A stretch of 64,000 bases of DNA from Octopus sinensis (GCF_006345805.1 NC_043024.1:12152001-12216000), one strand, 5' to 3'. Shown: positions 12,432 through 25,068, counted from the first letter of the stretch. A program made the numbers and translations. Notes: generated by a model not told the origin, from the letters alone.

Positions 12432-14046
12432 AAGGAAATCCGTTGGAAAAACAAAAACAGAACAGAGGCGGAGCAAAAAACAATATGCTTGTTTAGACAA
12501 GCCATCGCCAATAACTTCCCCAGAAATTCCAAATATTACTCCACGGTTAACTCACATAAAGTTAGGATAGCTTTCTCCAACACTAAAAACCTCGCCCAGA
12601 TAATCGCCTCCCATAATAATAGGCTACTTACTAAGACCCTATCACCTTTTTCCGGAGGCACAGCCTCTTCCGCTCCCGGTTTAATGCCCAGTAGGAATAA
12701 TTATAGTAGTAATAATGATATGAGAGCCAGTACAGTGACACATAATCTCAGCTCCAGCCAGGGAGTACCCACTAGGGGTTTAGTTATAAAAAGGGGTGTT
12801 GTGGTTGACGGTAACAATGGGAGTAGGGTAGAGAGCCCCATTAGCATCCCCAGCATCATTTCCCGCAATAGCAGTACCACGGGCAGTAGCAATGACAGCA
12901 CTCTGATAGATAGTGGAGAATCAGGGGTTATTCCTATAGTTAATAGTGACGTAGTGGAAAATAGAGTAGTAAGCGGCTGCAGGTCTCGGAACGAATATAG
13001 TGACAGGAACGCAGTTCTAATTTCAGAAACCAATCCTAGCAGATTAAGATTCACGTCGGCGAACTCCAAGATCAAAAACGCCGTCTACCAATGCAAGGTT
13101 TACACGGACTCAGATGCCTTCACTTATGTAGGGGCATCATCCTCAAGATTGTCTTTGCGTGTCTCCAACCATTACGCAACTTTTCGGGACGTGAACAAGC
13201 GCCAGACCACGGGACTCAGTAAGCTAATATGGCGACTGAAGGATGCGAACTTAAGCTATAGGCTGGAATGGTCAATTTTGTCGGTGGCCCTCCCATTTGA
13301 TAGGGGCAGAAGACAGTGCAACCTTTGTGTCTCCGAACTCTTCCATATTTTGTTTGCCAGAGGCCGGATGGTAAACGGGCTCTTACAGTCGGCTTTTCGA
13401 TGCCCCCATTGGCGGCGTTACACTTATCTGGCCTTTAAATAGCGTTTATAAATAATACCGGCACCCATAGCCCTGGTGTAACAAATTCTGAAATAGCCTT
13501 TAAGATATCTACGATTGACCACTGCAAGGGGAATTACTCCTGTAAGACAAACGGGGCTTGGTTTTTTCACAGCGGGGGGTTTCCTTGACAAGGTAGGCTT
13601 AGATGAACACACACACACATAAAACATAATATATATATATAATTTTTTATTTTTTTCTTTCTGCCACCCAACGGTTATCACGGCAGTAGCCACTGACAGC
13701 CGAACGATCAAACGCACACACGTACACAAAAAATGTTTTCTACCCCTACGCCAACACACACATATATAGAACAGTATACACACACACACGTCTCTAAGTA
13801 GATTTTTTCTCGCCTCTTATAAAACATCCAATATTCTTTAAATAGTCAGATCTTTATTCTCGGTCACAAAGAACATCTATACACCCTCACCCACATGATT
13901 GACCGATGCCTGACCCGTTGAATTCTTCAGCCACCGGTTCTCAACATACACTGATAAACAGTTTCGCCATGGGCTCTTAGGAGCACAGTTCGATTTGTTT
14001 TTTGCTCCGCCTCTGTTCTGTTTTTGTTTTTCCAACGGATTTCCTT

Positions 14047-14135
14047 TTTTCTTCCTGAAGAGAAAGACACAATATGGTCCCATTATTCAATCGGATTTTG
14101 GTAATTTGTGCCTTTCGAACACGTGTAGAATGAAA
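14047..14135 (+). ncRNA. Type I hammerhead ribozyme in sense pLTR (GAAA core reads GAA here)
   Basis: Same sequence as 12342-12431 but cgaac instead of cgaaac; followed by aataaa. Confidence 0.65.
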
Positions 14136-14337
14136 TAAAACGATTTCTGTTCAATCTGCGTTCAGCTCCATTTCTTCAATCACCAATAATGTTTTAATTT
14201 CAATTATCCGCACCAACGCACGGTTGCAACGCCAGATGGTTGTACCTCCAACTGTGCTGTTTACTGCTGTGATTTTTGCTACTAAGGTATCGGTTAAACT
14301 GTTGATTAATCTACTACAAGATTATTCATCTCTATTT

Positions 14338-14386
<49 letters not shown>

Positions 14387-14423
14387 GTATGTATATATAT
14401 ATATATATATTGTATTATATATA

Positions 14424-14669
14424 TATATAATATTAATTAGAGACAAAACCACTATTTTGCAAAACAAACAAGGAAAGACTTAATCAATACATAAAATTTT
14501 AATAAAAAATAAAAAAACCGCCACTACAATTGTTTCATGTCCTGATCAGGACATGAAACAATTGTAGTGGCGGTTTTTTTTACTTTTTATTAAAATTTTA
14601 TGTATTGATTAAGTCTTTCCTTGTTTGTTTTTGCAAAATAGTGGTTTTGTCTCTAATTAATATTATATA
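14424..14669. repeat. Near-perfect spacerless palindrome, arms ~122 bp
   Basis: Centre cctga|tcagg at 14545/14546; arms match apart from A/T-run length differences and about one substitution. Confidence 0.95.
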
Positions 14670-14746
14670 ATATTTTACTATAAAATTGGATTTAATCCTA
14701 AATCTGATTTTTTTTCCCTGTAAATTTGGATTTATTCCCTAATATT

Positions 14747-14781
<35 letters not shown>

Positions 14782-14921
14782 TATACATATATATGCATAT
14801 ACATATATATATATATACATTATATATATACATTATATATGTATATGTATATATGAGGAAAAATGAAAACCAAGGCAGAACAAGTATCTCAAGTCATTTA
14901 GAATAATTCAATTAGGTTCTA

Positions 14922-15226
14922 TATTTAAGAGATGAGGAATTGTGTACATTATTTACATTTGACGGATATTTGTCCTCATCCCATGGCATATGGCATAGCG
15001 GTTAGGAGAGCGAGCTTCTAACTTCAAGATCCCGAGTTTAATTCCAAGCATGACCTGAACAATAATAATAATAATAATACTATTGGAAAATACCTTACGA
15101 CTGAGAACCCAGGTTCGAAATTTTCCCAAGAAACCTGATAAAGGTTGGAGGGTATATCAGCCGAAATGTTGTGTTAACAACGAACAAGATGAGGACAAAT
15201 ATCCGTCTGTTGTAAACAATGTAAAT
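14922..15226 (+). mobile_element. tRNA-headed SINE-like element ending in a hammerhead motif, preceded by an inverted copy of its tail (14922-14980)
   Basis: A/B-box-like head 14981-15055, (AAT)n, CTGATAA-AGGTTG..CAGCC-GAAA-TGTTGTGTT at 15130-15175; homologous to 49918-50187. Confidence 0.7.
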
Positions 15227-15289
15227 TCATTTGGGTGAGTTTTAAGTCTTACAGCAGTTTCTGGAAAAACCCAAATGGTTGGTTAACAT

Positions 15290-15720
15290 ATCCATGCAGT
15301 GGGTATTCCGTCATCAGAGACAAGGTATAAATATGTTAGAAAGGGAAAATTTGTGACCGAATGCCCGTTGCAAGCCCACTGCAGAGGATTTAATGTAGTG
15401 TACAAATTCATGGTCCACAATATATGGCATAATTCTATTAACTACTATATCATATCTACTATTAATTTTAAACAGATATATTCTGCACATGTTAACTCAT
15501 TTAAATATGAGGAGCATAGCAAATCTACCTCCCTAGCCAACCATATGCACCATCTAATAAATAGGATACCATACAGGATATCCTGAGCCGTAATAGATAC
15601 TGGGGTCCCATACCAAGGCCAGCAATCCACTTGTGGATTATGCCTAAAAGAAGCCTTCCAAATATTAATACATAATTCACTGCAATTACTAAACTAACAA
15701 AACAATCCTTTTTCTACATG
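15290..15720 (+). mobile_element. Degenerate Naiad-like PLE GIY-YIG fragment
   Basis: CPLQAHC..VVYK...FKQIYSAH..SF....STSLANH, TGA in place of conserved Trp, then PYQGQQSTCGLCLKE. Confidence 0.75.
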
Positions 15721-15924
15721 TTGTCGTAAGTTCTATCACACATTTAAATTCTTCCATAGATCCAAATGCAGACAAAATCAACACGCATGACACATCCATC
15801 CACTGTCGTTACAATATATGTATATATATATAATGCATGTATGTAGGTATATCTAGATGTGCGCATCTTATATCTACCCTTATATGCATATATGTGCGTA
15901 TCTATGAAGGGATTTGTGGTTTGT

Positions 15925-16230
15925 TTGCCTTCCTACTTATTAGGACTTTGGTTTTAGCTAAGTTGACTCTAAGTCCCTTCAATTCTAATTCATGCTTCCA
16001 CACTTGAAACTTCTCCTTTAGTTCTGATAGAGAATCAGCAATTACAGCAAGGGCATCAGCATAGAGGAGCTCCCATGGGCATCCTGTCTTGAATTACTCT
16101 GTTATTGCCTAGAGGACTATGATGAAAAATAGGGGGTTGAGGACTGATCCTTACTGGATGCCTACCTCTACCCGGAATTCTTCACTATACTTGTTGCTAA
16201 CCCTCACCTTACTGACAGCATTCCTGGATA
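15925..16230 (-). mobile_element. RTE RT-core fragment
   Basis: Collinear with 35220-35545 (GCPWELL.ADD region). Confidence 0.8.
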
Positions 16231-16239
16231 TGGCTTGCA

Positions 16240-17235
16240 CACACACACATATAGACATACATATTTATACACATGCATACATATATATATATATATACAC
16301 ATACATGCGTACATATATATACATATATAAATGCATATATATACATAAATATATACATATATGCATACATACATATATATACATATTTACATACATACAC
16401 ATATATATACATATCTACATACATATATATATATATACATATATACATATATATATGTATATACATATATATATATGTATATACATACATATACATGCAT
16501 ATATACATACATACATACATACATATACTCTTTTACCCTTTTACTTGTTTCAGCCATTTGACTGCAGCCATGCTGGAGCACCACCTTTAATCAAGCAAAT
16601 CAACCCCGGACTTATTCTTTGTAAGCCTGGTGCTTATTATGTCAGTCTCTTTTTGCCGAACTATTAAGTTACGGGGACTTAAACACACCAGCATCGGTTG
16701 TCAAGTGATGTTGTGGGGACAAACATAGACACACAAACATATACACACACATTCATATATATATAATATATATATATATACACATACATGCGTACATATA
16801 TATACATATATAAATGCATATATAACATAAATATATACATATATGCATACATACATATATATACATATTTACATACATACACATATATATACATATCTAC
16901 ATACATATATATATATATACATATATACATATATATATGTATATACATATATATATATGTATATACATACATATACATGCATATATACATACATACATAC
17001 ATACATATACTCTTTTACCCTTTTACTTGTTTCAGCCATTTGACTGCAGCCATGCTGGAGCACCACCTTTAATCAAGCAAATCAACCCCGGACTTATTCT
17101 TTGTAAGCCTGGTGCTTATTATGTCAGTCTCTTTTTGCCGAACTATTAAGTTACGGGGACTTAAACACACCAGCATCGGTTGTCAAGTGATGTTGTGGGG
17201 ACAAACATAGACACACAAACATATACACACACATT
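16240..17235. repeat. Two near-identical tandem ~482-bp units (microsatellite plus SINE)
   Basis: atactcttttacccttttacttg... SINE segment at 16523-16740 is repeated at 17005-17222. Confidence 0.9.
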
Positions 17236-17506
17236 CATATATATATATATATATATATATCACAATCAAGGAACGGCCATAATAGGCCATTCACCCACTA
17301 GAAATAACAGCCAAAATAGGCCATTCACCCACTAGAAATAACAGCCAAAATTAAATAGTCATAGACCATTTTTAAGTTCAACATCACAATCAAGGAACGG
17401 CCATAATAGGCCATTCACCCACTAGAAATAACAGCCAAAAGCTTTAACCGTAAAATAACATCAATTCCGTAAACCAGGAGAAAATTAAAAAACATTTACC
17501 CTGTAA

Positions 17507-17611
17507 TTTCTTATACGATACACCGTTTCGTCTACTGTTTAATGGTAAACTAACCTGATTAAATTAAATCAAGCCAATCTACCATAGGCCCTTAGATTCA
17601 TCAGTAAGAAA
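17507..17611 (-). ncRNA. Type I hammerhead ribozyme, array unit 1
   Basis: Minus strand TTTCTTA-CTGATGA-ATCTA...TAGAC-GAA-ACG-GTGTAT-CGT-A-TAAGAAA; 7-bp stem I; predicted cut 17514/17513. Confidence 0.8.
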
Positions 17612-17996
17612 TAGTCAAGTCGGAACAGATATTTTTCACGAGGCATTCCCGTCCCTGCCTCGGCAATATCTGACCTAAAATTTTCAAATCATCGCACTCG
17701 CGCCAAATTTATCGGCAGCAAATAAATATAAGCCGCCGATTCCATTACGGAATTAACCAGAAAATTCATAATTAATCAATATAGGGTGGCAAAAAAATTT
17801 TGTAGAATTTTTTTGCCACCAGCGGCCTAGTGGGAAAAAATTAAATAGTCATAGACCATTTTTAAGTTCAACATCACAATCAAGGAACGGCCATAATAGG
17901 CCATTCACCCACTAGAAATAACAGCCAAAAGCTTTAACCGCAAAATAACATCAATTCCGTAAACCAGGAGAAAATTAAAAAACATTTACCCTGTAA

Positions 17997-18100
17997 TTTC
18001 TTATACGATGCACCGTTTCGTCTACTGTTTAATGGTAAACTAACCTGATTAAATAAATCAAGCCAATCTACCATAGGCCCTTAGATTCATCAGTAAGAAA
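17997..18100 (-). ncRNA. Type I hammerhead ribozyme, array unit 2
   Basis: Same core; stem III loop GTGCAT; predicted cut 18004/18003. Confidence 0.8.
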
Positions 18101-18483
18101 TAGCCAAGTCGGAACAGATATTTTTCACGAGGCATTCCCGTCCCTGCCTCGGCAATATCTGACCTAAAATTTTCAAATCATCGCACTCGCGCCAAATTTA
18201 TCGGCAGCAAATAAATATAAACCGCCGATTCCATTACGGAATTAACCAGAAAATTCATAATTAATCAATATAGGGTGGCAAAAAAATTTTGTAGAATTTT
18301 TTTGCCACCAGCGCCTAGTGGGAAAAAATTAAATAGTCATAGACCATTTTTAAGTTCAACATCACAATCAAGGAACGGCCATAATAGGCCATTCACCCAC
18401 TAGAATAACAGCCAAAAGCTTTAACCGTAAAATAACATCAATTCCGTAAACCAGGAGAAAATTAAAAAACATTTACCCTGTAA

Positions 18484-18587
18484 TTTCTTATACGATGCAC
18501 CGTTTCGTCTACTGTTTAATGGTAAACTAACCTGATTAAATTAATCAAGCCAATCTACCATAGGCCCTTAGATTCATCAGTAAGAAA
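18484..18587 (-). ncRNA. Type I hammerhead ribozyme, array unit 3
   Basis: Same core; predicted cut 18491/18490. Confidence 0.8.
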
Positions 18588-18868
18588 TAGCCAAGTCGGA
18601 ACAGATATTTTTCACGAGGCATTCCCGTCCCTGCCTCGGCAATATCTGACCTAAAATTTTCAAATCATCGCACTCGCGCCAAATTTATCGGCAGCAAATA
18701 AATATAAACCGCCGATTCCATTACGGAATTAACCAGAAAATTCATAATTAATCAATATAGGGTGGCAAAAAAATTTTGTAGAATTTTTTTGCCACCAGCG
18801 GCCTAGTGGGAAAAAATTAAATAGTCATAGACCATTTTTAAGTTCAACATCACAATCAAGGAACGGCC

Positions 18869-18907
<39 letters not shown>

Positions 18908-21624
18908 GACAAGCTTCTTTTAGTTTCTGTCTACCAAATCCACTCACAAGGCTTTGGTCGGCCTGAGGCTATAGTGGAAGGCATTTCCCCAATGTGCTAC
19001 GCAGTGAGACTGAAACCGGAACCATGTGGTTGGTAAGCAAGCTACTTACCACACAGTCATACATACATACATATATACATACATATACATATATACATAC
19101 ATACATACGTATATATACATATATACATACATATGTATATATACATATATACATACGTATATATACATATATACATATATACATAAATATATATATATAC
19201 ATATATACATACATACATACATACATCTATATACATATATATACATACATACGTACATATATATACATGCATACATATATATACATGCATACATATATAT
19301 AAATACATACATATACGTACATACATACATATATACATACATACATATATTTACATGTATACACATACATACATACATATATATATACATATATATACAT
19401 ACATATGTACATACATACATATATCTACATACATACATGCACGTGCATACATACATACATACATATATATGCATGCATGTATGTGTGTGTGAATATGTTT
19501 CTGTTTGTCCCTCATCACTGCTAAACAACTGGTGTTAGTGTGTTTGCGTCCCCTAAACTTAGCAATTTGGCAAAAGAGAACAGTACCAGGCTTTAAAAAT
19601 AAGTTCTGTGGTTGATACATTCAAGTAAGAAATTCTTTAGGCTGGTGCGCGCAGCACGTCTGCAGTCTAATGACTGAAACAAGTAAAGGATAAATGACAT
19701 AAAATATCTGAGTCTAACCCCTAAACAAACAAAGATGTCAATCCTCTTGTTACTAACCTACCTGATATAGACCCATGTTTTAGCATACATAAACCACTTG
19801 TTTTAAAGATTTTGGATCTAAATTCAAAAATTTTCGTTATTATTTCATCAAAGATTTATTCTTTTTTTTAATGCAAATTATGTTTTAAAAAAAGGGCTTC
19901 CTGCCTTGTGTCCTAGAGATTTTTAGGGCCAGTTGTTTGGTTTTCTTGGTGTGTAGGTGATCAAGATCTTAACATTGCCTTCTGAATAACGCCAATCCAT
20001 CACAGTATTATTTATTTACAGCTAAATGGACTAGAGTAGTACAAACCAATGTGTTTTTGCTATGAAAGAAAGTGTTTGGCTTAAGAACACAATTCACCAC
20101 TTAGCCTGAGAATTGAAATTAGGGTCTCATGATGAAGTGTAAAACATCAAAACCCCTAAGCCACGTGCTTTCATCTTAGACATTTCCTTAATAAAGGCAA
20201 CTTATTTGACAAAACTTCCCTCCAAATTTTTCACAAAGTTGCATGGCTCAGTGGTTTGTGAGTTTCATTCCTGGACCGGGCTCTGTGATGTGTTCTTGAT
20301 CAAGACACTTTATTTCACATTACTCCAGTTCAGAGGAATGAGTTGCAATGTCTCTGGTGCCAAGCTATATCAGTCTTTGCCTTTCCCTTAGATAATATCA
20401 GTGGCATGGAGAGAGGAGCCTGGTATGCATGGGTAACTACTGGTCTTCCATAAGCAACCTTGCCAAGACTTGTGCCTTGGAGGGGAACTTTCTAGGTGCA
20501 ATCTCATGGTCATTCATGGGATTGCACCTTGAAAAGGGGTCTTTACTTTTTTATTCTCATTTAGGGTGTATTATAAGATCCAACATCAAGTACTTGACTT
20601 GCAATTTATTTTTATCAATCTCAGGATAAAAGGCTAAACTAACCTCACCAAGATTTGAGCTCAGAATGTAAAGAAATACTACAGGTGTTCTGTGACTGTA
20701 ATAATTTTGTAAGTTTACTGTGTTAATTATTCTACAAATTAATTAAAACACATGGGCAATGTACTTCATTTAGAATTTACTAATATCTCTAAAAGAAATA
20801 AGCCTCAAAAAACAGCCACCAGCGCCTGAAATATTACAGTAATGCCAAACATAATAGTAAGAAGAGCGACACTATAACAGAGGAAGAAAAAGACATCAAC
20901 CAATCAATTCTAATTCATGTCAATCCAAAAATCTGAATTACTATATAATTGAATTAATTATTGTTTAAGACATTAAATCATTTGAAATAAATGTAAATAA
21001 ATAATTCATGAATTTAAATATGCTCACCTCAGATATTCACAGCTTCTTATTTCAGTCACAAGTCTCTGACTGTCACCAATTAAACATTGAAATGTTAGTG
21101 GGTCAGAAGAGAAACAATTCTATCATAGATTCTAAATGTTACTTCAGCCCTGCAGTATCAAATTACTACAAAGAATGAGGTCAGATTTTGAAAAGCAATT
21201 TCTGTTAGTTTTTCCCATGAAAGCCACCCATTAACTAATTTTGGTCTGCAGATAACCAAATCGACACCTGTAATCCGCATATCGTATCAGATTGCTCCAG
21301 TAGAGATGGAAGGAGAGGGAAGTAGTTTTATGCTACAAGATAAGGAGTCAAAGTATGAGAGAAGGGAATAGAGCAGGACTGGTTTCTTGCTGTAAAGAAG
21401 CTACATGGCTAAATTAAATGCATTAGCTAACACAGAGTGGATGAAATGGGGTTATTGATAGAACACACACACACACACACACACAAGTTACGGTTATAGG
21501 ATAGAATATTTAAATATAATCATTATAGGTGGTTTAGTGTGTGTGAAAGAGAGAGAGAGAGATTCTTTTCACATACATTTAGGTTTTACATTGAGTTTAC
21601 CATTCTTCTCCTCCTCCTCCTCAT

Positions 21625-21760
21625 CATCATCATCATTGCTGCTGTCAGTCATCATCATCTTCATTATCATCATTGTCATCATCATCTTCATTATCATCAT
21701 TGTCATCATCATCATATTTATAATTGTTGTTGCTGTTGTCATCATCAACATCATCATACT
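21625..21760. repeat. (CAT)n/(CTC)n imperfect trinucleotide tract
   Basis: Directly visible; yields poly-H/I/M ORFs. Confidence 0.9.
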
Positions 21761-24694
21761 TTGTTGTCAGTCTGCTATGCTGGCATGGATGGGACAATTT
21801 AACAGGATTTGACAGTTCCAAGGACTATATTATACTCCACTTTGCAGCAAATACCGGGTATTTGTTTTTTTTTTTTTGTGTTTTGGTTTTTTAATGGCAC
21901 CAGCACTAGTGAGGTCATCCTGCAGCTTGCAAGACTAAAACCCTTTCTGACTGAGTAGTGGTACAGTAGAGATTGAAAGAGAGGGAGGTAGTTTTATGCT
22001 ACAAGATGAGGGGTCAAAGTATGAGAGAAGGGAATAGAGCAGGACTGGTTTCTTGCTGTAGAGAAGCTACATGGCTAAATTAAATATATTTTGTTAAAAT
22101 TAGAACAGTGTTTTTAAATTGGCATATTTTTTACAAAAATGTAGTTGTTGCATTATCTAGCCACAAAGCCCCAGTCAAATACAGCCAGCATCCCTGAAAT
22201 GATACTATATCGGTCTTGAATTTTGGTGCAAGGCCAGCAGTTTCAGGGAAGGAGCTAAGTCAATTATATTGACCTTAGTGTTCAACTGGTAATTATTTTA
22301 TCAAGGCTAAAGGGCAAAGTTGACCGCCGTGGCATTAGACTTTGTGGCGCTAATTTGTTGATAAAAGTTAGACATTTGAGTCTGTTTAATGTTAATTCAA
22401 TGACTGAAGATATGGAACAAACAGAAAAGCAAGGTTGGCTCAGCAAATTTACTGCTTAAATAACTAGCTTTCTCTTGGATTATTCTTAGTAACAGTGATA
22501 AAACACGTTTAATCATTTTCAGGGGATGGATTTGAAAAAAATTTTTTTTTTCATCATGGCACAGTTTGTCTCACAAATAAAGAATGTTCAATACGATTGT
22601 ATTATTTCTTAGAGTATATTACACATATTTAACAAATTCCTTTTTTTTTTTTTTTGGAGTTGTTTTTATGTGGGCGTGTGCATACATTTTACTCTTGTAT
22701 ATACTGATTTCCAAATAAGGTAAAATCTTCTCATGCAAAATATTGGAAATTAAGGACACTGCTTGTATGACAGTGACAATCATTTACAACTGCAATATGG
22801 CGTCAAGACAAGGAGATACAAACACACACACACACACACACACATATATAATATATATGTGAAGATGCGTGGCCTAGTAGCTAGGCTTTTGTACTCACAA
22901 TCTCTAGATTGTAGGTTCAATTCCCAGACAGGATGCTGTGTTGTGTTCTTGAGCTGAGCATTTCATTTCGCATTACTCCAGTCCTCCTCTTGGTGGTGGG
23001 CAATGTTGGCCTGGCTGCCTGGCCAGCAGAATGGTGTCATTTGAAGGCTAAAATGAGGCAAAGCACATTGTGATCAGCAATGTGTAATAACATCTGATTG
23101 TCTGGATGGTCACATGATTAATATATATGATAAAATAATTTTGTCCTCATCATCAATTTCTGAAACATAACTGGTGATGGTGTGTTTATGTGCCTAGAAC
23201 TTAGCAATTTGGCAAAAGAGATCAACAGAATAACTGCCAGGCTTAAAAAAATAAGTCCTAGTGTTGGTTCAATTAACTAAAAAATTCTTCATGGTCACAC
23301 TCCAGCAGAGCCACACTCTAATGACTGAAACAAGTAAAATATATGGTGCTGAGCAAATAAACTTGATGTTTGCCAAAAAGTGATGCTTGGAACCAGACGA
23401 TACCCTCACCCCAAATTAGTCTGAAATTGTTGTAAACTTTAAGTACAGAAATAGTTACAGGTCAATGTTTGTGACATCAATGACATAATTTGAACCTTCA
23501 CCCCAAATACATGTATGTATGTATATATATTTATGTATGTATATATTTATGTATGTATAGATATTTATGTGTGCGTGTCTGTGTTTTCCCCACCACCACA
23601 CCACCATTGCTTAACAAATGCTTGTGTGTTTATTTCCCCATAACTTAGCAGTTTAGCAAAAGAGTTCGATAAAATAATTACTAGGCTTACAAAGAGTAAG
23701 TCCTGGGGGGCAATTTCTTCAAATAAAGCTTTTTAAGGCAGTGCTCCAGCATGGCCACAGCCTAATGTTTGAAACATCAAAAATAAAAGAATATATTTTC
23801 AAACTTAAAATTTATTAGTAATTGTATATAAAAAAAATAGTTAAAACGTTTTGTGTTTTGCTAGTATTTCAAGCACATCCGCTTCCTGCCTCAGTTGCCT
23901 TCTGCTTCCGCTGTCATCATAGTGATACCTGCACCAAATAATTTGGTTCTCATGAGCTGGTGTACTACATATGTTCTAGTTCCTATATTCCTATGAATTC
24001 ACCCACCCACCCCAAATCTCTTCTATCAGAACTAAATGGAAGCTTGAGCTTGTTACTGCTCCCATTGAACACAATGCTGCTCAAGTTGGAAAGCCAACCA
24101 GAGATGGTTGCTCTCCTTGTGTTTATAGCCTTCCACTACAAACCTAGGGTTTTCCTAGATGAATAGGAGCCAGAGGATTTGTGGAGATGATGAAGAACTG
24201 AGATGATTTGCTATCTTCTGTGTTCTAGGAGACCCACCCAACACAGCAGAAACGATATCCTAAAACCAATTTGGTTATGCTTGTACGTATGGGGCCCTGC
24301 CCCTTATCTCTCTCTCTCTCTCTGCCCCATCAAGCTTTTTCCCCACATCTCGTCCCCAAATACCTGTCATTTCTCTGTCACTTCTCTACTATTCAGCTGT
24401 TGTAATCCCCTGTGAGCAGAATAGTCACATATTACATCCTCAACTGCCTGCAACCACTTCTTTTTCTCATTATCATCTCTGCCCACACTATTTCCACCAA
24501 TCACCTCATTTTTCTGCCTTCAGCCATTGCTCAGCTCTCCTATTCTCCATTCTTAACAGCTTCCTTCCCTGCCATCACTCTCAGAGCTCCCTCATATCTA
24601 TCATCACATCTCACAGTAATCACTGCCACCAAGCCACCCCCAACTCTCTCGCCCTTAGTCACTACATGTACCTCTACCTCCATCTTTTCCCCTC

Positions 24695-24917
24695 TATTGG
24701 GGGTGCTCAAAACTTCCTGGTTTTGGGTGGTGAAAAAAAACAGGATGAATCAGTTAATTATGATTCTATTCAACATATTCCTCTTCTCAGATTCACACAC
24801 TTATTGCTGCGGTCCTTCTGTTATTCTAAGCCCTGTAAAAGTACTCAGAAGGATAGGCTTTCAGCCAGGCCTTTCACAGTACCCTTAAAGCTAGGAACTT
24901 TTCAGCACCCCTTTGTA
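24695..24917. mobile_element. ~210-bp mariner-type MITE; further copies at ~30610-30820, 42670-42880, 56858-57067, 58580-58790, 61920-62105
   Basis: TIR-like ends (ta)cgagggggtgctgaaaagttcctgg / ccaggaacttttcagcacccctcg(ta) with shared internal gatcagttaattatgatt..ttcaacatattc. Confidence 0.8.
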
Positions 24918-25068
24918 TCCTAATAAACCTCCTGTGATGCACTGCATCTTGAGATGTATCAGCACCCCACAACCACCTTTGTCTTCATTCAAGTTTTCCA
25001 TCTACTCAGCCTCATGTGGTTCTGGGTTCATATATATATATACATACATACATATATATATATATATC

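Larger units (their letters stand above)
12281..14195 (+). mobile_element. 5'-truncated Penelope-like element (Naiad-like GIY-YIG) with inverted terminal copy of its pLTR
   Basis: ORF 12408-13442 has NNFP..Y...N...V.I.FS...N.AQII.SHN..LL, then VYQCKV..YVG...R...H, EWSIL, CNLC..E, CPH; 12281-12483 is a near-identical reverse complement of 13993-14195. Confidence 0.85.
17261..18872 (-). repeat. Tandem array of ~488-490-bp units (3 full plus partial) flanked by (TA)n; each unit carries a hammerhead ribozyme
   Basis: cacaatcaaggaacgg recurs at 17385, 17875, 18363, 18851. Confidence 0.95.

Noticed and set aside
15584-15586. In-frame TGA in a Naiad-like fragment as possible selenocysteine (some Naiads encode Sec)
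   Set aside because: It aligns to the conserved Trp of the I.W.IL motif (TGG>TGA) in an otherwise decayed copy
17261-18872. Tandem arrays (also 33700-34365) as CRISPR
   Set aside because: Eukaryotic context; units repeat in full with no unique spacers and no cas genes
21028-21249. Exon-like segment (ctgcag...ctgag|gtgagc, minus strand) with LSWEK resembling GCLC exon 1
   Set aside because: Stops in all frames and only a 4-residue match; at most a candidate non-coding exon, unsupported
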